NCBI GenBank assembly: GCA_016218925.1
Contig: JACRCR010000140.1
Location: 6,389-70,388 of the forward strand
Length of the DNA stretch: 64,000 nucleotides
Reading direction: 5' to 3'
Source: Deltaproteobacteria bacterium
Lineage (GTDB): Bacteria; Desulfobacterota; Binatia; UBA1149; CAITLU01
Of the stretch, positions 1 to 9,127 are shown one piece after another; the stretch's first letter is position 1; each line of letters begins with the position of its first letter. The position numbers and the translations under genes were made by a program. The notes beneath the pieces were generated by a model that was given only the letters and a program-made list of their open reading frames with translations, had not been told where the DNA came from and made no database searches.

Positions 1-15
1 TTTGCGACCGAGGTA

Positions 16-927
16 GTGGTAGAAGGTGCGCTCCCACCGCGCGGAGTGCCCACTTTGGTTCCATCTCGAGAAGCTCGACTGTCGGATCGCCTGTGCGTGC
101 TCGGCGCCGCCCTGCTGTTCTCGACCGGCGGCGCGGCGATCAAGACCGCCACGCTGGACGGATGGCAGGTCGCGGGCCTGCGCGCGCTGTTCGCGCTGGT
201 CGCGATCATGGTGCTGGTACCCGGGCCGGTCGCGTTGCAGCGTCGCAGCACCGCGATGGTCGGCGCAGCGCAGGCGGCGACGATGCTGCTGTTCGTGCTG
301 GCCAACAAGCTCACCACCTCGGCCAACGCGATCTTTCTTCAATGTACCGGCCCGCTCTACCTGCCGCTGCTCGGCCCGTTGCTGATCGGCGAGAGAGCCA
401 AGCGGTCGGATTGGTGGGCGATGGCGGTGATCGGCGGCGGCATGGCACTGTTCTTCGTCGGGACTCCCGCCACCTATGCCACCGCGCCGCAGCCGCGCCT
501 GGGCGATGCGCTGGCGATCGGCAGCGGCTTTGCGTGGTCGCTCACGGTGCTCGGCTATCGATGGACTGCGCGTTCGACCGAGCACCGCGACTTCGGCGCG
601 AAGTCGGCGATGCTGTGGGGCAACGCGTTGGTCGTAGTCGCTGCGCTGCCGATGGCATTGCCGCTCGTTGACGTCAGCATCGCCGACTGGTCGGTGCTGG
701 TTTATCTCGGCGTCGTACAGACGGCGCTCGCCTATCGCCTGCTGGCGCGCGGGCTGCGGCGTCTTCCCGCCATGGAAGCCGCGCTGCTAGGATTCTTCGA
801 GCCGGTGCTCAATCCCATCTGGGCCTATCTCGTGCACGCAGAAGTACCGAGCGCGTGGGCCATGGCCGGCGCCAGCGTGATCGCGGTCGTCACCATCTCG
901 CGCGCGGTGCTGGGTTCGCGGCGGTGA
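16..927 (+). CDS. EamA/DMT family transporter
   Basis: 303 aa, about 10 hydrophobic segments in two repeats; EamA-like 'LLGFFEPVLNPIWAYLVHAE' C-terminal motif. Start codon uncertain. Confidence 0.85.
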   Translation: MVEGALPPRGVPTLVPSREARLSDRLCVLGAALLFSTGGAAIKTATLDGWQVAGLRALFALVAIMVLVPGPVALQRRSTAMVGAAQAATMLLFVLANKLTTSANAIFLQCTGPLYLPLLGPLLIGERAKRSDWWAMAVIGGGMALFFVGTPATYATAPQPRLGDALAIGSGFAWSLTVLGYRWTARSTEHRDFGAKSAMLWGNALVVVAALPMALPLVDVSIADWSVLVYLGVVQTALAYRLLARGLRRLPAMEAALLGFFEPVLNPIWAYLVHAEVPSAWAMAGASVIAVVTISRAVLGSRR

Positions 928-1069
928 CCCGACGCTCGCTCGTCGCACGCGCGCTGGTTCCCGGCTATAGTCCGTCTCCGTTTCGCTGCGCCGGCGCCGG
1001 CAAGCACCGCATGCGGCGCAAGCAGGAGCATCCGGAGAAGATCGCGCGCCGCGCTGCGAGGAAACTACG

Positions 1070-1585
1070 ATGAACGGTCCCTTTGCGACTCTGTCCATTC
1101 TCGACGCCGCCGTGCTGGCGATCGGCATCGCGCTCGGCCTCGCGATCGGCTACTTCGCGTTTCCGGCGATCCGTCAGGCCAAGCGACTTCGTGAGGAGTT
1201 GGAGGGCCTTCGCCGCGAGCACGAGGTCTACAAGGCCGGCGTCAGCGAGCACTTCCAGAAGACCGCCGACCTGGTCGGCGAGATGACCAAGAGCTACGCC
1301 GCCGTCTACGATCACCTGGCCGGCGGAGCGCGTCGCTATTGCGGTGACGCGCTGGCCGACAACGCACTCGCCTTCGGCCCTCAACTGACGATCCTCGCCA
1401 GGCCCGAGAGCGAAACGGCCGCAGCCGACGAAGGCGTAGTGATCGAGACGCGCGCGTCGGCGGAACAAGAGCTACCGCCAGTGTCGCCTCAATCCTCGCA
1501 GCAAGAGTTCTCCGTGCCGGCGCAAGAGAGCGAAACGGCCACCGCCGACGTGACGAAGCAGACGAACCCACCGGCCGGCGCGTAG
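1070..1585 (+). CDS. ZapG/YhcB (DUF1043)-like membrane-anchored coiled-coil protein
   Basis: N-terminal TM helix, then coiled coil with 'YKAGVSEHFQKTADLVGEMTKSYAAVYDHLAGGA', matching the DUF1043 pattern; low-complexity tail. Confidence 0.75.
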   Translation: MNGPFATLSILDAAVLAIGIALGLAIGYFAFPAIRQAKRLREELEGLRREHEVYKAGVSEHFQKTADLVGEMTKSYAAVYDHLAGGARRYCGDALADNALAFGPQLTILARPESETAAADEGVVIETRASAEQELPPVSPQSSQQEFSVPAQESETATADVTKQTNPPAGA

Positions 1586-1653
1586 TCCTACAGCGCGCCT
1601 GTTCCGGCCGACGTCGCGCGCGGACCCGGAGACGCAGGACGCTTCTTCCCGGC

Positions 1654-2754
1654 TCAGACGTTGAACCGGAAGTGCATCACGTCGCCGTCCTGCACCACGT
1701 AGTCTTTGCCTTCCACGCGTAGCAGACCGGCGGTGCGGCATCCGTGCTCGCCGCGATGTGCGATGTAATCGCGGTACGAGATCACTTCGGCGCGGATGAA
1801 CCCTTTTTCGAAGTCGGTGTGGATTACCGATGCTGCTTTGGGCGCCTTCCATCCCTGATGGATGGTCCAGGCGCGCACTTCCTTGGGGCCGGCGGTGAAG
1901 TAGCTGACCAGGCCGAGCACTTCGTAGCACTCGCGAATGACCTGCTCGATGCCGCTTTCGGTCACGCCGTAGGAAGCCAGGAAGTCGGCGCGTTCGGCGT
2001 CGTCGAGGCCGACCAGTTCCTCTTCGACCTTGGCCGAGATCTTGCCCACCGGGCAGCCGCGCCGCGCGGCGATCTCGCGCACGCGCCGGACGTGGTCGTT
2101 GTCCTCGGCAAGCCCGGCCTCATCAACGTTGGCGGCGAAGATCACCGCCTTCGAGGTGATCAAGCCGAGATCGGCCAGGATCTCCTCGCCCAGGTGCGTG
2201 TCGCGTTCGGGGAACTCGGCGGCCGTGCGCCCGGCGCCGAGGTGGTCTATCAGGCGGCGCACGCATTCGAGTTGGATGACGGCTTCCTTGTCGCCCTTGG
2301 CCTTGCGCGCGAGTTTTTCGGCTTTGACCTCGGCGGCCTGCAGGTCGGCCAGCATCAGCTCGGTCTCGATCACTTCGATGTCACGCACCGGGTCGATGCT
2401 GCCCTCCACGTGGACGATGTCCTCGTCCTCGAAGCAGCGCACCACGTGGACGATCGCGGCGGTTTCGCGGATGTGGCCGAGAAACTGGTTGCCGAGGCCT
2501 TCGCCGGTGCTGGCGCCGCGCACCAGCCCGGCGATGTCGACGAACTCCACTGTGGCAGCGACGATGCGCTCGGGGCTGACGATCTTGGCCAGCGCCTCCA
2601 GGCGCGGGTCGGGCACCGGCACCACGGCGTGATTGCGCTCAATCGTGCAGAACGGGTAGTTGGCCGCCTCGGCGTTCTGGGCCTTGGTCAACGCGTTGAA
2701 GAGGGTGGACTTGCCTACGTTGGGCAGCCCGACGATGCCGATGCTCAGTGCCAC
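1654..2754 (-). CDS. ychF: Redox-regulated ATPase YchF (Obg family)
   Basis: GIVGLPNVGKST, NYPFCTIE, DIAGLV, FIRAEV and the C-terminal 'GKDYVVQDGDVMHFRFNV' TGS end. Confidence 0.98.
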   Translation of the reverse strand: MALSIGIVGLPNVGKSTLFNALTKAQNAEAANYPFCTIERNHAVVPVPDPRLEALAKIVSPERIVAATVEFVDIAGLVRGASTGEGLGNQFLGHIRETAAIVHVVRCFEDEDIVHVEGSIDPVRDIEVIETELMLADLQAAEVKAEKLARKAKGDKEAVIQLECVRRLIDHLGAGRTAAEFPERDTHLGEEILADLGLITSKAVIFAANVDEAGLAEDNDHVRRVREIAARRGCPVGKISAKVEEELVGLDDAERADFLASYGVTESGIEQVIRECYEVLGLVSYFTAGPKEVRAWTIHQGWKAPKAASVIHTDFEKGFIRAEVISYRDYIAHRGEHGCRTAGLLRVEGKDYVVQDGDVMHFRFNV

Positions 2755-2909
2755 AGATGACTCCCGGAAAGCCCGTGCGTAGCGCGGACCCCTCCCGCGC
2801 TCAAGGTGGGGGCAGGCGCCCGCGCGCCGCGAGAAAAAAGATGCGCCGCCGGTCGCGGTGATCGCACAGGTTCTTCCTGCCTACCGGGAGTCCCGCTATT
2901 GTCCCGACA

Positions 2910-3596
2910 TTGCGAGGACCGCAGGCGCGGTCTTGGAAATTGGCCGAAACCACCGAAAACCTTTTGCTCGATGTCGAAGACGCGACCGGGTGCGCTTTGT
3001 CGCAGTCCCGCTTCGTGCGCCGCCCTCGGACCGGCCTGGTGGGCTGGCGATGGCCGGCCGGGGCAGTGGTCGGGGTGGTTGCGGTCGCCGTCGCTCTGGA
3101 ACTGCTGATGTTATTCGCACCGGCCGGTGAAGGCGCCAGCGACACCGGGATCGTGCTGGCATCGCGTGAGGCCGACCCGTCGGTGGCGGCCGACAAGGTC
3201 GCGGCCAGGGCGGCCATCGAGAGGGCCAACGCGGCCTGGCTCGATGCGTTTCGTAGCGGTAATTTCGCCGCGATGGCGTTGCTCTACAGCGACGACGCCA
3301 GCTTGTCGGCGCCCGGAACCGACCCGCTGGAGGGTCGCGATAGCATCCTCGGATACCTCAGCCGCCGCCGCGAGCGCGAGATGAGCGATCCATTCTTGAA
3401 GACTCTCGACGTCGTCACGATGGGCGACGTCGCGTACGAGACCGGAACCTACGGGTTCAGCTCGGGCGCGAAGGGCGGCCTGGTCAGCGCCGAGACTGGC
3501 AAGTATTTCGTCATCTGGAAGGCCGGCAGCGACGGGACCTGGCGCTACAACCTCGGCATCTGGACCAGCAATTCCGCCCCGCTTCCGCCTCACTGA
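2910..3596 (+). CDS. Membrane-anchored NTF2/SnoaL-like (DUF4440) protein
   Basis: TM segment followed by 'NAAWLDAFRSGN...LYSDDA...GDVAYETGTY...GKYFVIWK...DGTWR', typical of DUF4440. Start uncertain. Confidence 0.75.
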   Translation: MRGPQARSWKLAETTENLLLDVEDATGCALSQSRFVRRPRTGLVGWRWPAGAVVGVVAVAVALELLMLFAPAGEGASDTGIVLASREADPSVAADKVAARAAIERANAAWLDAFRSGNFAAMALLYSDDASLSAPGTDPLEGRDSILGYLSRRREREMSDPFLKTLDVVTMGDVAYETGTYGFSSGAKGGLVSAETGKYFVIWKAGSDGTWRYNLGIWTSNSAPLPPH

Positions 3597-3689
3597 ACGA
3601 TTTCGAAGCGCCGCCTCGCCGATTCCATTCCCTGTTGGCGTGCGCTCGTCTATGGTGCGAGCGGCGTTGCCTTGCGCCGTCAGCCCCCG

Positions 3690-4859
3690 ATGGATACCCC
3701 CCAGAGCATCACGCCGCTGGATCGGGCCCGCAGCCTGGTCGCGACCGTCGACGCCGGCGCCGAAGAAGGCGAGGCCAGGCGGCGGCTGGCCGACGCAACT
3801 GTCTCGGCGATCCGGGCTTCCGGGCTGTTTCGGCTGTGCGTGCCGCGACGCTACGGCGGTCTGGAAGCGCCGGCTTGCGAAATGATCGCAGCCGTCGAGG
3901 AGGTCGCGCGAGGCGACGGGTCGGCCGCGTGGTGCATCGCGATCGCGGCCACCAGCGGACTTCTGGGCGGTTATCTTCCCGAAGACGAGGCACGCGAAAT
4001 CTACGCGAGCGATCCGCTCGCGGCCAGCGGCGGTGTCTTTGCGCCGCTCGGCGAGGCAGTGGTCGAAGGCGATGGCTACCGCATTCGCGGCCGCTGGCCT
4101 TTCGCCAGCGGCATCCATCACTGTTCGTGGTTGATGGGAGGCTGCGTGGTCATCGAAGCCGGCAAGCCCGGCTTGTCGGCAAGCGGCGCACCGGACTCGC
4201 GCCTGATGCTGTTCCCGGCTGCCGAAGCAACGATCGTAGACACCTGGTCGGTGGCGGGGCTTTGCGCCACCGGCAGTCACGACATGCAGGTCGCCGATCT
4301 GTGGGTGCCGCGTTCGCGCACCGTGTCGCTGGTCGACGACAAACCGCGCGAGCGCGGGCCGCTGTATCTTTTCCCGGTGTTCGGCTGTCTGGCCATCGGT
4401 ATCGCGGCGGTCGCGTTAGGTATCGCGCGCCGCGGGATCGACGAGCTCTGCGATCTGGCCGCGGCCAAGACTCCCACCGGCAGCCGGCGCCGTCTGGCCG
4501 ACCGTGGCCACGTGCAGATGCAGGTTGCCAGGGCCGAGGCGGCCTACGGCGCCGCTCGCGCCTATCTTCACGACACGGTGACGTGCACCTGGGAGATGGC
4601 TTCGCGCTGCGGAGAGATCTCGCTGCGCCAGCGCGCGCTGCTGCGTCTGGCGGCATCCTACTGCGTCACGCAAGCTGCCGGCGTGGTGGATGCGATGTAC
4701 GAAGCCGGCGGGGGGACCTCGATCTATCGTTCCAGCGCGTTGCAGCGCTGCCTGCGCGACGTACACACCGCGACCCAGCACATGATGGTTGCCTCGCCCA
4801 CCCTCGAACTGGCGGGACGCGTTCTGCTCGGCCGCGAGGCCGACACCTCGGTGTTATGA
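3690..4859 (+). CDS. Flavin-dependent monooxygenase of acyl-CoA dehydrogenase fold (HsaA/indole-oxygenase-like)
   Basis: 'SGLFRLCVPRRYGGLE', 'GDGSAAW', 'GRWPFASG', 'GLCATGSHD', 'LQRCLRDVH'. ATG at 3690; the stop overlaps the next ATG (ATGA). Confidence 0.85.
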   Translation: MDTPQSITPLDRARSLVATVDAGAEEGEARRRLADATVSAIRASGLFRLCVPRRYGGLEAPACEMIAAVEEVARGDGSAAWCIAIAATSGLLGGYLPEDEAREIYASDPLAASGGVFAPLGEAVVEGDGYRIRGRWPFASGIHHCSWLMGGCVVIEAGKPGLSASGAPDSRLMLFPAAEATIVDTWSVAGLCATGSHDMQVADLWVPRSRTVSLVDDKPRERGPLYLFPVFGCLAIGIAAVALGIARRGIDELCDLAAAKTPTGSRRRLADRGHVQMQVARAEAAYGAARAYLHDTVTCTWEMASRCGEISLRQRALLRLAASYCVTQAAGVVDAMYEAGGGTSIYRSSALQRCLRDVHTATQHMMVASPTLELAGRVLLGREADTSVL

Positions 4860-5665
4860 ACATGCACGACATCACGCGATCGGAGTTCCACAACATTCAT
4901 TTCCACCGCGACGGCGACGTTCTGGTGGTCACCATCGACCGCGCCGACAGCGAGCTGAACGCGGTCAACGACCAGCTTCACGAAGAGCTGACCAGGTTGT
5001 TTCGCGAGTTGCGCCAGGAATCGCTGGCCAGGGCGGTGCTGCTCACCGGCAAAGGCAAGGTGTTCAGCGCCGGCGGCGATTTCGGCTGGTTCCCGCTGCT
5101 GCAGCAGCCGGGGCGATTGGATCCGCTGCGCCGCGACGCAAAACAACTGATCTGGGATCTCCTCGACGTCGAGATTCCGATAGTCGCGGCGGTCAACGGC
5201 CACGCGATGGGGCTCGGAGCCTCGATCGCGCTGCTGTGCGACGTCATCTTCGTGGCCAACACCGCCACCATCGGCGATCCGCACGTGCGGGTCGGAATCG
5301 TCGCCGGCGACGGTGGCGTGGCGATCTGGCCGCTGGCGGTGGGTCCGGCATTGGCCAAGCAGTTCCTGCTGACCGGCGATCCGGTCTCGGCCGCTGAGGC
5401 GGAACGCATGGGGCTCGTCAACAAGTGCGTGCCCGCCGAGCATCTGCTCGAAGAAGCGATGGCGTTTGCGCGGCGGCTTGCCGCCGGCGCTCCGCTGGCG
5501 GTGCGCTACACCAAGCTGGCCGTAAACAAGCTCTTGAAGGACGCACTGAACGTCGCCTTCGACACCTCGACGGCGCTCGAGATCGTCACCTTCCAGAGCC
5601 ACGATCACCACGAAGCGCTGGCCGCCCTGCGTGAGCGACGCAAGCCGCACTTCCAAGGACGCTGA
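4856..5665 (+). CDS. Enoyl-CoA hydratase/isomerase family protein
   Basis: C-terminal part of ORF 3635..5665: 'FSAGGDF', 'VAAVNGHAMGLG', 'GIVAGDGG'. ATG at 4856 is coupled to the upstream stop. Confidence 0.9.
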   Translation: MNMHDITRSEFHNIHFHRDGDVLVVTIDRADSELNAVNDQLHEELTRLFRELRQESLARAVLLTGKGKVFSAGGDFGWFPLLQQPGRLDPLRRDAKQLIWDLLDVEIPIVAAVNGHAMGLGASIALLCDVIFVANTATIGDPHVRVGIVAGDGGVAIWPLAVGPALAKQFLLTGDPVSAAEAERMGLVNKCVPAEHLLEEAMAFARRLAAGAPLAVRYTKLAVNKLLKDALNVAFDTSTALEIVTFQSHDHHEALAALRERRKPHFQGR

Positions 5666-5684
5666 GTAAGCGAAGGAGTTTTCA

Positions 5685-7226
5685 GTGAGAGACAACGTCG
5701 GCCTTTTCCTCGGCAAGCGAGCGATGCTCTCGCCAAGCGTCGAGGCGTTCGTGGAGCCGGACCTGGGACTGCGCCTGAACTACGCCGAGCTGGATCGGCG
5801 ATGCAATCGCACCGCCGACATGCTGGCGCGGGCCGGCATCCGCCCGGCTGACCGTGTGGCGCTGCTGCTGATGAACAGCGTCGAGTTCGTCGAGAGTTTT
5901 TTCGCGATCGCCAAGCTCGGCGCCATCGTGGTGCCGCTCAACTGGCGATTGGCGCCCGACGAGCTGGCTTTCATCCTCGGCGACAGCGGCGCGCGGACGC
6001 TGATCTTCGGCGCCGAGTTCGCGGCGGTGGTGGCCGATCTGCATGGGCGCGGCAACGCCGGCACCGACGTTCGAGACTGGATCCAGGCGGGAGGCGCGGC
6101 GCTCGCGCCGTTCGCCAGGTCGTACGAAGCGCTCCACGCGGCGGCGGGCGAGACGCCGCCGGCGATCGGCGGCGGCGAGAACGACGAGCTGTACATCATG
6201 TACACCTCGGGAACGACGGGGCTGCCCAAAGGCGCGGTCCACACGCATGCCAGCGTCATCGCGGCCTGTCAGACGATCAACGCAACTGAGGATGTACGCT
6301 ATCGCGACGTCTATCTGGTCGCGGTCCCGCTCTTCCATGTCGCCGCGCTGACCCCGTTTACCGCCAACGTCTACCGGGGCAGTACCAGCGTGGTGCTGCG
6401 CGCGTTCGACCCGGTCAAAGTCTGGAATCTCATCGAGCAGGAGAAGGTCACTTGCATGATCGCGGTGCCGGCGATGCTCAACGTCATGCAGCAGGCGCCG
6501 AACTGCCGCACCGTCGACTGCTCCTCGCTGCGTTGGGTGATGAGCGGAGCAGCGCCGGTGCCGGTCACGCTGATCGAGACCTACACCGCGCAGGGCATCG
6601 ACATTCATCAAGTGTACGGGCTGACTGAGAGCTGTGGGCCGGCCTGTCTGACCAGCCCCGAGGATGCCGTGCGCAAGGCCGGCTCCACCGGCAAGCCTTT
6701 TTTCCACACCGACGTGCGCGTGGTCCACGTCACCGGCGACGACGTGATGCCGGGCGAGGTCGGCGAAGTGCTGATTCGTGGCCGTCACCTGATGAAGGGT
6801 TACTGGAAACGTCCGCGCGACACGGCCGAGACGATTCGCGACGGCTGGCTCTACACCGGCGACCTGGCCACGGTGGACGACGAGGGGTTCGTCTACATCC
6901 AGGACCGCAAGAAGGACATGATCATCTCGGGCGGCGAGAACATCTATCCGGCCGAGATCGAGAACGTGCTGCTTCAGCACCCCGACGTGCGCGACGCGGC
7001 GGTGATCGGGCAGCCCGATGAGAAATGGGGGGAGAGCCCGGTGGCTATAGTGGTAGCCGCGCGCGCCATCGATCCGGCCGACATCCTGAACTTCACCAGC
7101 GGCAAGCTCGCTCGTTACAAACAGCCACGCGACATCCATTTCGTCGAAGAGATTCCCCGCAATGCTTCTGGCAAGATCCTCAAGCGAGTGCTGAGAGTGC
7201 GTTTCGCCGCGCCCGCACCCGAGTAG
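5685..7226 (+). CDS. Long-chain fatty-acid--CoA ligase (AMP-binding)
   Basis: YTSGTTGLPKG, YGLTE, GWLYTGDLA, DRKKDMIISGGENIYPAEIE, PRNASGKILK. Confidence 0.95.
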   Translation: MRDNVGLFLGKRAMLSPSVEAFVEPDLGLRLNYAELDRRCNRTADMLARAGIRPADRVALLLMNSVEFVESFFAIAKLGAIVVPLNWRLAPDELAFILGDSGARTLIFGAEFAAVVADLHGRGNAGTDVRDWIQAGGAALAPFARSYEALHAAAGETPPAIGGGENDELYIMYTSGTTGLPKGAVHTHASVIAACQTINATEDVRYRDVYLVAVPLFHVAALTPFTANVYRGSTSVVLRAFDPVKVWNLIEQEKVTCMIAVPAMLNVMQQAPNCRTVDCSSLRWVMSGAAPVPVTLIETYTAQGIDIHQVYGLTESCGPACLTSPEDAVRKAGSTGKPFFHTDVRVVHVTGDDVMPGEVGEVLIRGRHLMKGYWKRPRDTAETIRDGWLYTGDLATVDDEGFVYIQDRKKDMIISGGENIYPAEIENVLLQHPDVRDAAVIGQPDEKWGESPVAIVVAARAIDPADILNFTSGKLARYKQPRDIHFVEEIPRNASGKILKRVLRVRFAAPAPE

Positions 7227-7259
7227 CGGGTTTCTCGGCGGGCTTGCGAGGAAGGGCTC

Positions 7260-8537
7260 ATGAGTGAAGGGAAACTGGCGATCCTGGTGGGCGGCGGGCC
7301 GGCACCGGGCATCAACAGCGTGATCGGAGCGGCCACCATACGTTGCCGGCTGGCCGGCGTCGACGTGCTCGGCGTTCGCGACGGCTTCGAGCACATCATG
7401 CGCGGCGATACCGAAGCTGTCGCTCCCCTGTTGATCGACGAGGTCAGCCGCATCCACTTTCGAGGCGGCTCGATTCTGGGGATATCGCGCGCCAACCCGA
7501 CCAAGGACGCCGGTTTGCTGGAGGCCTGCGTTCAGGCTCTGGCGCGTCTCGGGGTCGACAAGCTGATGACCATCGGCGGCGACGACACCGCCTTTTCGGC
7601 GCTCAGACTCGAGAGCGTCGCGTCGGGGCGCCTGCGCGTCGCCCACGTTCCCAAGACCATCGACAATGACCTCGACCTGCCGCCCAACATCGACACCTTC
7701 GGTTTCCAGACCGCGCGTGCGGTCGGCGCCGATCTGGTCAAGAACCTGATGGTGGACGCGTTCACGACCCATCGCTGGTATTTCGTGATCACGATGGGGC
7801 GCAAGGCCGGGCACCTGGCGCTCGGCATCGGCAAGGCAGCCGGAGCGACGCTGACGCTGATCCCCGAAGAATTCGGTGACGGCCGCTTCTCGCTCGGCGC
7901 GTTGGTCGACATTCTTGCCGGCGCGATCATCAAGCGGCTCGCCGACGGTCGCGAAGACGGAGTGGCCGTCATTGCCGAGGGCGTCGTGCTCGGGCTCGAG
8001 TCCCAGGATCTGGCCGGCATCGAGAACGTCGAACGCGACGAGCACGGCAACGTGCGCATCGCCGAGATCGACCTCGGCGATCTCTTGAAGCGCCGCGTAC
8101 GTGCACGGCTGGCCGCACTCGGCGTCAAGAGCACGGTGGTCGCCAAAGACATCGGCTACGAACTGCGGTGCGCCGATCCGGTGCCCTACGACATGGAGTA
8201 CACGCGCGATCTGGGTTACTGCGCCGCGCAGTTCCTGCTCGACGGCGGCAACGCGGCGATGATCTCGCTGCAGGGTGGGCACTTCGTCCCGGTCCCGTTC
8301 GCGACAATGCTCGATGCGAGCAGCGGGAGGGCGCGCGTACGTTTGGTTGACGTGGCCTCGACCCGTTACAAGATCGCGCGCCGCTACATGATTCGTCTGA
8401 GGAAGGCGGACTTCGAAGACGCGGCCGCGCTTAGCGCGCTGGCCAAGGTCGCCAAGCTGGAAGCCGGCGAGTTTGGCCGGCAGTTCGAATACGTGACCGA
8501 AGACGAGCCGGGGCCGCTGCTGTTCGTGGGCGGGTGA
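7260..8537 (+). CDS. pfp: Pyrophosphate-dependent phosphofructokinase
   Basis: GGGPAPGIN, GGDDT (Asp at the phosphoryl-donor position) and PKTIDND (Lys), the PPi-type signature; also MGRKAG and GYELR. Confidence 0.85.
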   Translation: MSEGKLAILVGGGPAPGINSVIGAATIRCRLAGVDVLGVRDGFEHIMRGDTEAVAPLLIDEVSRIHFRGGSILGISRANPTKDAGLLEACVQALARLGVDKLMTIGGDDTAFSALRLESVASGRLRVAHVPKTIDNDLDLPPNIDTFGFQTARAVGADLVKNLMVDAFTTHRWYFVITMGRKAGHLALGIGKAAGATLTLIPEEFGDGRFSLGALVDILAGAIIKRLADGREDGVAVIAEGVVLGLESQDLAGIENVERDEHGNVRIAEIDLGDLLKRRVRARLAALGVKSTVVAKDIGYELRCADPVPYDMEYTRDLGYCAAQFLLDGGNAAMISLQGGHFVPVPFATMLDASSGRARVRLVDVASTRYKIARRYMIRLRKADFEDAAALSALAKVAKLEAGEFGRQFEYVTEDEPGPLLFVGG

Positions 8538-8556
8538 GCGTCCCTCCCGACGCAAG

Positions 8557-8588
8557 AGAGCCGGACCCCCTGGGGGGCCCGGCTCTTT
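8557..8588. terminator. GC-rich hairpin between convergent pfp and RNA-binding protein genes
   Basis: AGAGCCGG-A-CCCCC-T-GGGGGG-C-CCGGCTCT followed by TTC; a second 10-bp inverted repeat GGATCCGTCC-G-GGACGGATCC lies at 8608-8628. Confidence 0.55.
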
Positions 8589-8638
8589 CGCTTCAGTTTC
8601 TCATCGAGGATCCGTCCGGGACGGATCCGGCCGGAAAC

Positions 8639-8971
8639 CTACCAGCGGCTGCCGCCGCCGCCGCCGCGCCCGCCGCGGTCGTCACGGCGACCGCCGCCGC
8701 CGCCGCCGCCACGCGAGCGGTTGTCCTCGCGGGGCTTGGCCTCGTTGACCTTCAGGCTGCGGCCTTCGAGCTCGGATCCGTCCAGAGCTGCGATCGCCTT
8801 GTCCGCGTCCGCGTCCGCCATTTCCACAAACCCGAAGCCGCGAGACTGGCCGGTGTCGCGGTCGGTGACGATCGCGACCGAGATCACTTCGCCTTGCTGT
8901 CCGAAGTGCTGGCGGAGCGAGTCCTCAGTAGCCCTGAAGGGCAGGTTTCCTACGTAAATTTTCTTGGCCAT
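8639..8971 (-). CDS. RRM-domain RNA-binding protein with Gly/Arg-rich tail
   Basis: RNP2 'IYVGNL', RNP1 'RGFGFVEM', 'LKVNEAKPRE', GGGG tail; RBS AGGAG upstream. Confidence 0.95.
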   Translation of the reverse strand: MAKKIYVGNLPFRATEDSLRQHFGQQGEVISVAIVTDRDTGQSRGFGFVEMADADADKAIAALDGSELEGRSLKVNEAKPREDNRSRGGGGGGGRRDDRGGRGGGGGSRW

Positions 8972-9127
8972 GGTTCTCCTAAGCGAGCGCGCAACTCTTT
9001 ATTGGCGTCGACTTTGTTGTTGAATTCCCGGCAAACCGGGACACAGATTCTGGCGAGCTTCTGTGGGAGCGGGGGCTGGGGCTAGACACGCAAGGAAGGG
9101 AGTTGATCGCTTCGAAGGGGAAACCAG

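Noticed and set aside
3635-5665. 676-aa fusion ORF
   Set aside because: The first 407 codons shadow the monooxygenase in another frame; the hydratase starts at the ATGA-coupled ATG at 4856.
5682-8555. 957-aa antisense ORF, and the many similar long antisense or shifted ORFs (e.g. 17418-19394, 52297-54294, 50856-52640)
   Set aside because: They are mirror frames of clear genes, Arg/Ala/Pro-rich with no motifs, as expected from stop-codon scarcity in high-GC DNA.
8972-9127. Structured ncRNA or riboswitch in the long leader of the RRM gene
   Set aside because: No recognisable family motif by eye; it may be a cold-shock-type 5' UTR, which would need an Rfam/Infernal search.
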